This document shows positions 18,526-25,537 of a DNA stretch of 64,000 nt, one piece after another. A program made the translations under genes and the position numbers. The stretch's first letter is position 1; each line of letters starts with the position of its first letter. The notes below the pieces were generated by a model that did no database searches, was not told the origin of the DNA, and saw only the letters and a program-made list of their open reading frames with translations. The DNA is from an uncultured Candidatus Saccharibacteria bacterium (lineage in GTDB: Bacteria; Patescibacteriota; Minisyncoccia; Minisyncoccales; GWA2-38-27), in contig CAZSQP010000002.1 of assembly GCA_964609075.1 (NCBI GenBank), positions 8,235 through 72,234 of the forward strand, written 5' to 3'.

Positions 18526-19494
18526 ATGATTTATTTAAACGAGGAAAATTTAAAAAAGATTGGAATTGATTGGAACGAAACCATTGCTACAATAGAGGAT
18601 GCAGTGAGGTGTTTGGATAAAAAAGATTTTTCTCAACCTATTAAACCATATTTAAGGTATAAAAATTTAGAGAACAGGATTATTGCCATGCCGGCGTATA
18701 TCGGCGGGAAATTCAACACGGCCGGAATAAAGTGGATTGCCAGCTTTCCCGGAAATATTGCAAAAGGCTTGCCAAGAGCTCATAGTGTGGTTGTATTAAA
18801 CAAAGCAGAAACCGGAGAACCTATGGCTATAATAAATACTTCGTTCTTAAGTATAATAAGAACAACTTCGGTAAGCGGGCTGATAATTAAATATTATAAC
18901 GAGATCAGAAAAGCAAAAGAGTTTAATTTAGGAATAATAGGATTCGGTCCCATCGGTCAGTATCATTTTAAAATGGCCATGGATTTATTTGGGAATAAAA
19001 TAAAAAAAATTTTCTTGTATGATATAAGATCGATTAATAAAAATAATATAGATAAAAAGTATATAAGCAAAGTTGAGATAAGCGACAAATGGGAAGAGGC
19101 TTACCTTAATTCTGATATAGTTATTACTTGTACAGTATCAAAGGAAAGATATATCGATAAAAAACCTAAAGAAGGATCTCTTCAGCTCAACGTTTCTTTG
19201 AGAGATTATAAAATAGAGACTTTCGAATATTTTAAGAACGCGATTATCGTTGACGATTGGGATGAGATTTGCAGGGAAAACACAGATATAGAACTTATGC
19301 ATAAAGAAAAAGGTTTAAAAAAAGATAATGTAAGAGATATCGCAGATGTTGTGTGTAGAAATTATTTTGAAAAATTAGAGGAAAAAGAAACAATAATGTT
19401 TAACCCTATGGGCATGGGAGTGTTTGATATAGCAATAGCCAAGTATTATTGCGGTAAATCCGAAGAGAAGGGAATCGGGAAGAATATTAAATAA
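18526..19494 (+). CDS. SbnB-like NAD-dependent dehydrogenase (ornithine cyclodeaminase/mu-crystallin fold)
   Basis: GIKWIASFPGN, LSIIRTTSVSG and the Rossmann motif GIIGFGPIGQ. Paired with the SbnA-like gene across a 3-nt gap. Confidence 0.8.
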   Translation: MIYLNEENLKKIGIDWNETIATIEDAVRCLDKKDFSQPIKPYLRYKNLENRIIAMPAYIGGKFNTAGIKWIASFPGNIAKGLPRAHSVVVLNKAETGEPMAIINTSFLSIIRTTSVSGLIIKYYNEIRKAKEFNLGIIGFGPIGQYHFKMAMDLFGNKIKKIFLYDIRSINKNNIDKKYISKVEISDKWEEAYLNSDIVITCTVSKERYIDKKPKEGSLQLNVSLRDYKIETFEYFKNAIIVDDWDEICRENTDIELMHKEKGLKKDNVRDIADVVCRNYFEKLEEKETIMFNPMGMGVFDIAIAKYYCGKSEEKGIGKNIK

Positions 19495-19569
19495 TTTTAA
19501 AATCTACCCAGTAGATTGTTCATTTAAAAATCGTTTAAACCGAAAACTCAGTCAGAAGGAGACATAGCC

Positions 19570-20583
19570 ATGAAAAAGATACTTGTGCTGTACAATCTGG
19601 CAGAACATTTGGATAAGGGAGTTCCAACTGATTTAGTTTGTGAACAGGAAATAACAATTATAGTACCACTGGTTGTAAAGATCCTTTCTAAAAGGGGCTA
19701 CGCAGTTGAGGCCCTAAAGGCAGATTTGAACTTGTGGGAAGAATTGAAAAGGAGACGAGGCAAAGTTGACATGGTGCTCAATCTTGCAGAAGCCTTTGGT
19801 GGTGGAAACGCAAACGAGCCATTGGTTCCTGCTATGCTTGAGGGATTGGGGATGCCGTTCACTGGGGCTTCATTGAGCAACATGACTTTCACTCTTGATA
19901 AAGAGAAGACAAAACTGGTCTTGGTTTCGTATGGCGTTCCTGTTGCTCCACATGTTCTTTTCAGGACTGGCAAAGAGCAACTGAACGACTTGGGTTTTCC
20001 TTTGATAGTCAAGCCCGTGAGGGAAGAGGCCAGTATCGGCATTTACCAGGATTGTGTCGTGGGCAACGAAGCTGACTTACGCAAGAAGGTTCTGTATTCT
20101 TTGGAGAAATATCGACAGCCGATAATGGCAGAGAGGTTTATCCAGGGGAGAGAGATCTCGGTCGGCGTGATTGGCAATCCTTCTAATCTGCATGTTTTTC
20201 CTCCGTTGGAATTCCTTTTCGAAGAAGCAGGGTCTGAACAGGAAAAAATCAGGTCTTATAAATACAAATGGGGAGGAAAGAAAGAACAGATGGTTCGCGC
20301 AGAACTGTCTAATAAAGTGATTGGGCAGCTGGGCGAATACAGTAAGATCTGTTTTGAGGCGACTGATTGCCGCGACTACGCAAGGATGGACTATCGGCTG
20401 GACCCGGAGAACAGGATTTATCTTCTTGAGGTTAACTATAATCCGGGTATCGGGCCGAATGATCATGGTTTAAATAATACGCTGACGATGATGGCGAGCT
20501 TTGAAGGATATTCCTTCGGAGATTTAATCGAAAGGATTCTTATCACAGCGATGGATCGATGCGGATTAATCGTCAGTGGGTAA
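19570..20583 (+). CDS. ATP-grasp ligase, D-Ala-D-Ala-ligase-like family
   Basis: Ddl-like layout: GMPFTGAS, DKEKTKLVL..GVPVAPH, PLIVKPVREEASIGI, AERFIQGREISVGV, ARMDYRL and LLEVNYNPG. The gene is visibly richer in G+C than its neighbours. Confidence 0.8.
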   Translation: MKKILVLYNLAEHLDKGVPTDLVCEQEITIIVPLVVKILSKRGYAVEALKADLNLWEELKRRRGKVDMVLNLAEAFGGGNANEPLVPAMLEGLGMPFTGASLSNMTFTLDKEKTKLVLVSYGVPVAPHVLFRTGKEQLNDLGFPLIVKPVREEASIGIYQDCVVGNEADLRKKVLYSLEKYRQPIMAERFIQGREISVGVIGNPSNLHVFPPLEFLFEEAGSEQEKIRSYKYKWGGKKEQMVRAELSNKVIGQLGEYSKICFEATDCRDYARMDYRLDPENRIYLLEVNYNPGIGPNDHGLNNTLTMMASFEGYSFGDLIERILITAMDRCGLIVSG

Positions 20584-20595
20584 CGTTTAGCATCT

Positions 20596-20629
20596 GGGGG
20601 CGTTTGGGTAGTGCGCCCCCTTATTTTTT
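20596..20629 (+). terminator. Rho-independent terminator after the Ddl-like gene (inside the island)
   Basis: gggggcg / cgccccc stem with an 11-nt loop, followed by ttatttttt. Confidence 0.7.
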
Positions 20630-20644
20630 GATATTATAAATCAT

Positions 20645-21991
20645 ATGAATTACAAAATTATAATTATAGCCAATATTGCAGAAGTATTTGAAGATGCTTT
20701 GAGTAAAGTTACGCCTAGACAGGAAAAAATTAGAAAAATTCAAATAGAGCATAATCTATGCGACAGAACATTATTGTGGGAAGGCGATGATAAAATTATC
20801 ATAACTCCGTTTCCGATATCCTCTCTGCTTTTTAAAAATAATGTAACGGCATTAGGTTTTAGAAATTGTTTAAACTTATCTCCGAAAAAGGTTAATATTG
20901 GTCTGTCTGAAGCGATAATGAATGATAAATTACTATTGAAAAAAATATCTGATATAATTAAAGATAAGCCGGGTATAAGAATTTCGCCGTATGCTGTTAC
21001 GCCAGCTTTTATAAATTTTATAGAATTTTTAAAAAGAAAAAACCTTAATTTTAAGGTAGAAGAAAGACCATATAAAAATTCAGACTGGACAGTTAAATTT
21101 TTAGATTCAAAGATAGGATCGAGATTAGAGATAGGTAAGATAAAGAATGAAGACATTAATATTCCAAAGAGCATCGTTTGTAGGAGTAAAAATGAAGCGA
21201 TATCTGTTGCAAGATGGTTTTATAACCAGAATATTTCCTGTGTGGTTAAAGCAAATTTCAGCGAAGGTGGCTGGGGGACATTGATGATAAAAAACAAGGA
21301 CAACAAATCTTGGAATGAAACATTATCGAAAATAAACAAAGAATTTAATAATGACTGTATTTGGGACGATGGATTAATCATAGTTGAAGAATACATTAAA
21401 GCGAAAAGGGGTATATCCAGCGGGTGTCCGTCGTCTGAGTTGTTTTTATCGGAAAGAGGTCCGAAAATTACTTATGTGTGCGACCAAATTGTAGCTGAAG
21501 CAGGAAATTTTTTGGGAATTACTCTGGGGAAAGGAGCTCTGGATAAAAATATTGAAAATAAAATAAATAGAGCGTCGATTCTTGTTGGAAGGAGATTTTG
21601 GGAGCTGGGATATAGGGGGTTTTTTGATATAGATTTCGTATTATCTAAAAAGAATAGAACCCTGTATATTATCGAGACTAACATGCGTCGAACGGGTGGA
21701 ACTCATATTTTTGATGTGGCAAAGTCCATTTTCGGAAACGATTGGAAAAACAAAGCATTTATATTGTCACAAGACTCCTTTTGTTACGGTAAAAAATTAC
21801 TATCCGAAAGAGCTATTTTAGAGAAAATAAAAGATATTTTATTTCCCATAGATAACAAAAAAAGAGGCGTTATAATATCTATAATAAACAAATGGAAGCC
21901 TACGATTGGCTTTATTATTATAGAAGAGTCATCAGAAAAAGCTTTGGAAATTTATTCAAAGATGAAAAATTTATTAAACGTTAAAAATTAA
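20645..21991 (+). CDS. Second ATP-grasp family ligase (larger, divergent)
   Basis: ISCVVKANFSEGGWG, IIVEEYI, FFDIDFVL and IIETNMRRTGGTH (ExN-type Mg/ATP site) fit an ATP-grasp C-domain. The N-terminal ~170 aa has no assignment. Confidence 0.62.
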   Translation: MNYKIIIIANIAEVFEDALSKVTPRQEKIRKIQIEHNLCDRTLLWEGDDKIIITPFPISSLLFKNNVTALGFRNCLNLSPKKVNIGLSEAIMNDKLLLKKISDIIKDKPGIRISPYAVTPAFINFIEFLKRKNLNFKVEERPYKNSDWTVKFLDSKIGSRLEIGKIKNEDINIPKSIVCRSKNEAISVARWFYNQNISCVVKANFSEGGWGTLMIKNKDNKSWNETLSKINKEFNNDCIWDDGLIIVEEYIKAKRGISSGCPSSELFLSERGPKITYVCDQIVAEAGNFLGITLGKGALDKNIENKINRASILVGRRFWELGYRGFFDIDFVLSKKNRTLYIIETNMRRTGGTHIFDVAKSIFGNDWKNKAFILSQDSFCYGKKLLSERAILEKIKDILFPIDNKKRGVIISIINKWKPTIGFIIIEESSEKALEIYSKMKNLLNVKN

Positions 21992-22002
21992 TAACCAAGA
22001 AC

Positions 22003-22509
22003 ATGAATAAAATAATGTTAAAAATAAAGCCATTTCAAGAAAAATTGAATTGTAGCTATTGTGGACCAGCAACTTTGAAGATTTTGCTAAATTATTACGG
22101 AATAGAAAAATCAGAAAGAGAATTGGCTAATATGTCGGGGTGGGACAAGGATCTGGGAATAGATGATAAAGGAATTAGACGAGCAGCAGAATCACTCGGT
22201 TTTAAAGTAGAAATAAAAAATAATAGTAGCTATAAAGATATTCAGAAATGGCTAGATAAAGGCATTCCAGTTATTGTTAACTGGTTCACGCGAGGTAGAA
22301 ACGATTATCCAGAGTCAGAAACAGCTGACGGCCATTATTCAGTTGTAGCAGGCTTAGATAATAGATTTATTTATCTCCAAGATCCTGAGATAGGAAAAAT
22401 GAGAAAAATTAAAAGATATGATTTTATGAGAGTGTGGTTCGATTTTAAAGGCGATTATATAAGGCCAAACGAGTTAATTATAAGACAGATTATTGTGATA
22501 CATAAATAA
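22003..22509 (+). CDS. Stand-alone C39-like papain-fold cysteine peptidase
   Basis: FQEKLNCSYCGPATLKILLNYYG (Q...CG nucleophile context), DGHYSVVAG (His) and YLQDPE (Asp), matching the C39 catalytic order. No ABC transporter is attached. Confidence 0.62.
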   Translation: MNKIMLKIKPFQEKLNCSYCGPATLKILLNYYGIEKSERELANMSGWDKDLGIDDKGIRRAAESLGFKVEIKNNSSYKDIQKWLDKGIPVIVNWFTRGRNDYPESETADGHYSVVAGLDNRFIYLQDPEIGKMRKIKRYDFMRVWFDFKGDYIRPNELIIRQIIVIHK

Positions 22510-22510
22510 T

Positions 22511-23884
22511 ATGTTTGAAGATTATCATTTTTCTGAAGACGCAAAGATAATTACTAAGAAAATACCTGGAGAGAAATCTTTGGAGCTTTTAACTGAACAA
22601 GAGAAATTAGAAAGCAAAAATCGATCATATCCTCGAGATATACCAATTACTTTTGAGTCCGCGAAGGGTGCGACCGTTAAGGACGTCGACGGGAATATTT
22701 TTATAGACTTCCTCTCCGGTTGCGGTGTTTTGAATTTAGGCCACAATAATCCAGAAATTTTAAAAGACATAAAAGAACTGCCCGATGCCGTAATGCATGC
22801 ATTGGATTTTCCTACAAAGATAAAAATTGATTTCATGAAAGAGCTTCTTTCATCGCTGCCTAAAAAACTACAAGGCAAATATAAAATTAGTTTTGGAGGT
22901 CCAACAGGATCGGATGCAGTAGAAGCCGCAATCAAATTAGCAAGAATAAATACTGGCAGGCATACTATCCTTTCCTTTCAAGGAAGTTATCATGGCATGA
23001 CGATGGGCGCTTTGAGCGTTACAAGCAGTCTCCGTCACCGGGAGGAAGTTAACCCACTTATTCCCGGGGTACATTTTATGCCTTATTGCAGTTGTTATAG
23101 GTGTCCAATGGATATGGATCAAAAAAAATGCAATTTCGAATGCGTTCATTTTTTGAAGAATGCTTTAGAAAATCCTTATTCTGGTATAGACAAACCAGCG
23201 GCGATAATCATTGAACCAATTCAGGGAGAAGGCGGGGTATATATACCAAGAGATGGTTGGTTAAAAAAAGTTGTCGATCTTGCAAGAAAAAATGGAGTGG
23301 TTGTTATATTTGATGAAGTTCAAGCCGGATTCTATAGAACTGGTAAGCTTTTTTCTTTTGAACATACTAATACAGTCCCCGATATTATAACAATGTCTAA
23401 GGGCATTGGAGGAATTGGATTACCCTTGTCTTTAATACTTTTAAGAAAAGAGTTGGATATATGGGGGCCGGGAACCCACGTAGGAACATTTAGGGGAAAT
23501 CAGCTTGGAATGGCAGCTGGCTTGTCTGCAATAAGATTTGTTAAAAGAACGAATATCGAAGATTATGTTTCTAAGACGGAAAAAATATTCCTGAAAGAAT
23601 TAAATAATATACAGAAAAAATCAAAGTTCATTGGAGATATAAGGGGTAAGGGAATGATGTTTGGTATAGAATATGTAAAAGACAAAAATACTAAAAAACC
23701 ATTTTCTGAATTAACAAAAAAGGTAAGGAAACTTTGTTACGAAAACGGCTTATTGGTTGAGATTGGAGGGTATTATGATAACGTCGTAAGACTTTTGCCG
23801 CCGCTAATAATAAGTGAAAAAATTGCGAAAAACGGATTAAGCATATTTAGAAAGGCAAACATTTCAGCAAAAATAAAGTCTTAA
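22511..23884 (+). CDS. Class-III aminotransferase, diaminobutyrate-2-oxoglutarate transaminase (EctB/Dat) type
   Basis: SYPRDIPITFESAKGATVKDVDGN..LNLGHNNPE, FGGPTGSDAVE, IFDEVQAGFYRTG and TMSKGIGG (Schiff-base Lys). Confidence 0.83.
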   Translation: MFEDYHFSEDAKIITKKIPGEKSLELLTEQEKLESKNRSYPRDIPITFESAKGATVKDVDGNIFIDFLSGCGVLNLGHNNPEILKDIKELPDAVMHALDFPTKIKIDFMKELLSSLPKKLQGKYKISFGGPTGSDAVEAAIKLARINTGRHTILSFQGSYHGMTMGALSVTSSLRHREEVNPLIPGVHFMPYCSCYRCPMDMDQKKCNFECVHFLKNALENPYSGIDKPAAIIIEPIQGEGGVYIPRDGWLKKVVDLARKNGVVVIFDEVQAGFYRTGKLFSFEHTNTVPDIITMSKGIGGIGLPLSLILLRKELDIWGPGTHVGTFRGNQLGMAAGLSAIRFVKRTNIEDYVSKTEKIFLKELNNIQKKSKFIGDIRGKGMMFGIEYVKDKNTKKPFSELTKKVRKLCYENGLLVEIGGYYDNVVRLLPPLIISEKIAKNGLSIFRKANISAKIKS

Positions 23885-23933
23885 AATAAATTACACGCCT
23901 AAAACCTAAGTAAAATCGGGTTTTTAGCTTCAA

Positions 23934-24141
23934 CTCTAATTTTCAATATTTAATTTTTGCAGTTTTGCCTTAATTTTTTCTGGTTAACCAGTAAGACTAA
24001 AAAAATTTCTTTTTGCTCACACTTAAAAGAATTTTTGCGTCCGAACCGATTTTTCGATTTTGCTTTTGCCCCACCCTACTGAAGCAAAGCGGAGCAATTT
24101 TGTCAGGAGTTTTAAATAAAATAGGTTCTGACTTCGTTGTA
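23934..24141 (-). repeat. Right arm of the ~210-bp imperfect inverted repeat bracketing the island
   Basis: Its reverse complement aligns to 16184-16393 (see left arm). It contains a perfect 12-bp palindrome ctggttaaccag (23981-23992) that is absent from the left arm. Confidence 0.85.
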
Positions 24142-24149
24142 AAGACGTA

Positions 24150-24167
24150 GAGACGACCGGACTCGAA
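24150..24167 (-). other. Orphan copy of the tRNA-Asp 3' end (T-loop to acceptor), att-site-like remnant
   Basis: gacgaccggactcgaa (24152-24167) is identical over 16 nt to 24281-24296 inside tRNA-Asp, in the same orientation. The flanks do not fold into a tRNA. Confidence 0.7.
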
Positions 24168-24248
24168 GGAGCTGTCCGAAGGTATTCCCTCCCTTTGGTC
24201 GGAATTCGGGAAGTCCGATTCTCGCCAGATCGCTTACCCGAAACAAAA

Positions 24249-24276
24249 AAGACCCCAAGGGGGTTTTCTTTATTTG
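24249..24276. terminator. Bidirectional hairpin terminator downstream of the minus-strand tRNA operon; right copy of the short direct repeat
   Basis: aagacccc-aag-ggggtttt stem-loop flanked by A-run and T-run. gggttttctttatttgcg (24261-24278) resembles 16159-16177. Confidence 0.6.
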
Positions 24277-24350
24277 CGGGGACGACCGGACTCGAACCGG
24301 CAACCTCATCCGTGACAAGGATGTGATCTAGCCAATTGATCTACGTCCCC
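24277..24350 (-). tRNA. tRNA-Asp (GTC)
   Basis: Hand-folded cloverleaf: acceptor GGGGACG/CGTCCCC, anticodon arm CATCC-TTGTCAC-GGATG, T-arm GCCGG-TTCGAGT-CCGGT. 74 nt, CCA not encoded. Confidence 0.92.
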
Positions 24351-24354
24351 CCTT

Positions 24355-24430
24355 TGGTGCCGGTGGTGGGATTCGAACCCAACGACCTGAGGCTTATGAG
24401 TCCTCCGCTCTGCCACTGAGCTACACCGGC
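24355..24430 (-). tRNA. tRNA-Met (CAT), elongator-like, CCA encoded
   Basis: Acceptor GCCGGTG/CACCGGC, anticodon loop CTCATAA, T-loop TTCGAAT, 3' ACCA. One mismatch each in the anticodon stem and T stem in my fold. A lysidine-dependent Ile2 identity cannot be excluded. Confidence 0.8.
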
Positions 24431-24460
24431 CCTTTTTTGTAATTTGTACTATTCTTAATG

Positions 24461-24531
24461 TTGCGGGGACAGGAGTTGCACCTGTGTCTCGAGGTTATGG
24501 GCCTCGCGAGATACTACTTCTCCACCCCGCA
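24461..24531 (-). tRNA. Initiator-like tRNA (CAT) with non-canonical loops
   Basis: The 5' part TGCGGGGTGGAGAAG resembles bacterial tRNA-fMet (CGCGGGGTGGAGCAG). Anticodon arm CGAGG-CCCATAA-CCTCG, T-arm ACAGG-TGCAACT-CCTGT, acceptor TGCGGGG/CCCCGCA. Confidence 0.7.
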
Positions 24532-24572
24532 GGGATATATTAACTTATTTTTTTTATAAAATCAACCCTCTG

Positions 24573-24601
24573 TTGACATAGATAATATCTATTAGTAGGA
24601 T
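24573..24601 (+). promoter_or_regulatory. Candidate sigma70-type promoter upstream of the pyrD-like operon
   Basis: TTGACA (24573-24578), a 17-nt spacer, then taggat followed by aaaat. Lies between the divergent tRNA operon and the 24638 gene. Confidence 0.4.
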
Positions 24602-24637
24602 AAAATATCTTTGGTTCATTGAAAAAAGGAGAAGAAA

Positions 24638-25537
24638 ATGATAGAGCTGTCAAACAAGCATAGATTTGAGTATATGGTAGCTTCTGGAGCCCTAGCCTTT
24701 GATGGAGAAGGATGGTTCTGGGAAAAGCCTTTAAAATGGCTGGGATTGCTGGATCCTACTCTTTTCACTGTTGTTATTAAAACATTGACCTTCAAGCCGA
24801 GAGAAGGAAATCTTAGGTGGTACAATCCTTTCAGGTGTATTCGTCTAATCAGAAAAGGATTGAGAGTGGAAGGCACGCTTAATTCGGTGGGTCTTACTAA
24901 TAAAGGCTACCTTTGGTGGTGCCATGAAGTAGGTCCTAATGTGTCAAAGAAAATGTCCCTAGTAGGTTCTATTTTCTGTGAAGATCCGGAAGAAGTTCTC
25001 GAAATGTGTTTAGCTTTAAATCCTTTTGACTTTGTCGCTATAGAGCTCAATGCTTCATGTCCCAATACAGAGAGTGGGGTTTTAGAGAATACAGAAAAAA
25101 TTGTAGATTGCTGTAAAAAAGCAAAAGATTATTCAAGGTTTCCTTTAATTCTCAAGCTTTCTGTGATTCATGACGTAGAAAGGATCATTCCTGAAGTTGA
25201 GGGTATAATAGAAGCTGTTTCCATAAACAGTGTTCCTTGGAACATTGTTTATCCTCATAAAAAGAGTCCTTTGGCTCATTTGGGTGGCGGAGGAGTATCT
25301 GGAAAAGTGGCTTCTCCTTACACCTGGGACTTTGTAGAAATGTTGGCTTATAAGTTTTCTGTCCCGGTGATAGGTCCCAGCGTTTGGGACTTTAAGGATA
25401 TTCAAGGATTAAGGGACTTGGGAGCTGAGGCTATAAGCTTTGGTTCAGTCTTTCTCCCTTATCCTTGGCGTCCTACACTTTTTGTGCGTCGGGATATAAG
25501 AAGGCTCGCAAGAACAGAGAAAGGGGAAAGGATATGA
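24638..25537 (+). CDS. pyrD: Dihydroorotate dehydrogenase family protein (class-1-like)
   Basis: SVGLTNKG, ELNASCPN (class-1 catalytic Cys motif), GGGGVSGK and a TIM-barrel-like pattern. RBS aaaggag upstream. Confidence 0.78.
   Translation: MIELSNKHRFEYMVASGALAFDGEGWFWEKPLKWLGLLDPTLFTVVIKTLTFKPREGNLRWYNPFRCIRLIRKGLRVEGTLNSVGLTNKGYLWWCHEVGPNVSKKMSLVGSIFCEDPEEVLEMCLALNPFDFVAIELNASCPNTESGVLENTEKIVDCCKKAKDYSRFPLILKLSVIHDVERIIPEVEGIIEAVSINSVPWNIVYPHKKSPLAHLGGGGVSGKVASPYTWDFVEMLAYKFSVPVIGPSVWDFKDIQGLRDLGAEAISFGSVFLPYPWRPTLFVRRDIRRLARTEKGERI

Noticed and set aside
24147-24240. Possible complete RNA gene (class-II tRNA, SRP RNA or RNase P fragment) on either strand between the right inverted repeat and tRNA-Asp
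   Set aside because: I tried to fold it as a tRNA. The T-stem 5' strand (GCTCC) does not pair with CCGGT, and no 5' acceptor strand complementary to CGTCTCT exists. The SRP (GGAAGCAGCC-type) and RNase P (GAGGAAAGUCCGG) signatures are absent. Only local hairpins (ccgaagg/cctttgg, tcgga/tccga) and the 16-nt tRNA-Asp-derived segment are supported.
24112-24318. 68-aa minus-strand ORF
   Set aside because: It overlaps tRNA-Asp, its terminator and the tRNA-derived fragment. There is no RBS and the composition is Arg/Ser/Pro-rich, typical of translated structured RNA.
25465-25533. Upstream extensions of the pyrF ORF (and similarly 26273-26314 for the PRTase-like ORF, 42033-42068 for miaB)
   Set aside because: The extensions overlap the preceding gene or lack an RBS. 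The internal starts coincide with ATGA coupling, a strong aggagg RBS, or the family-typical N-terminus.
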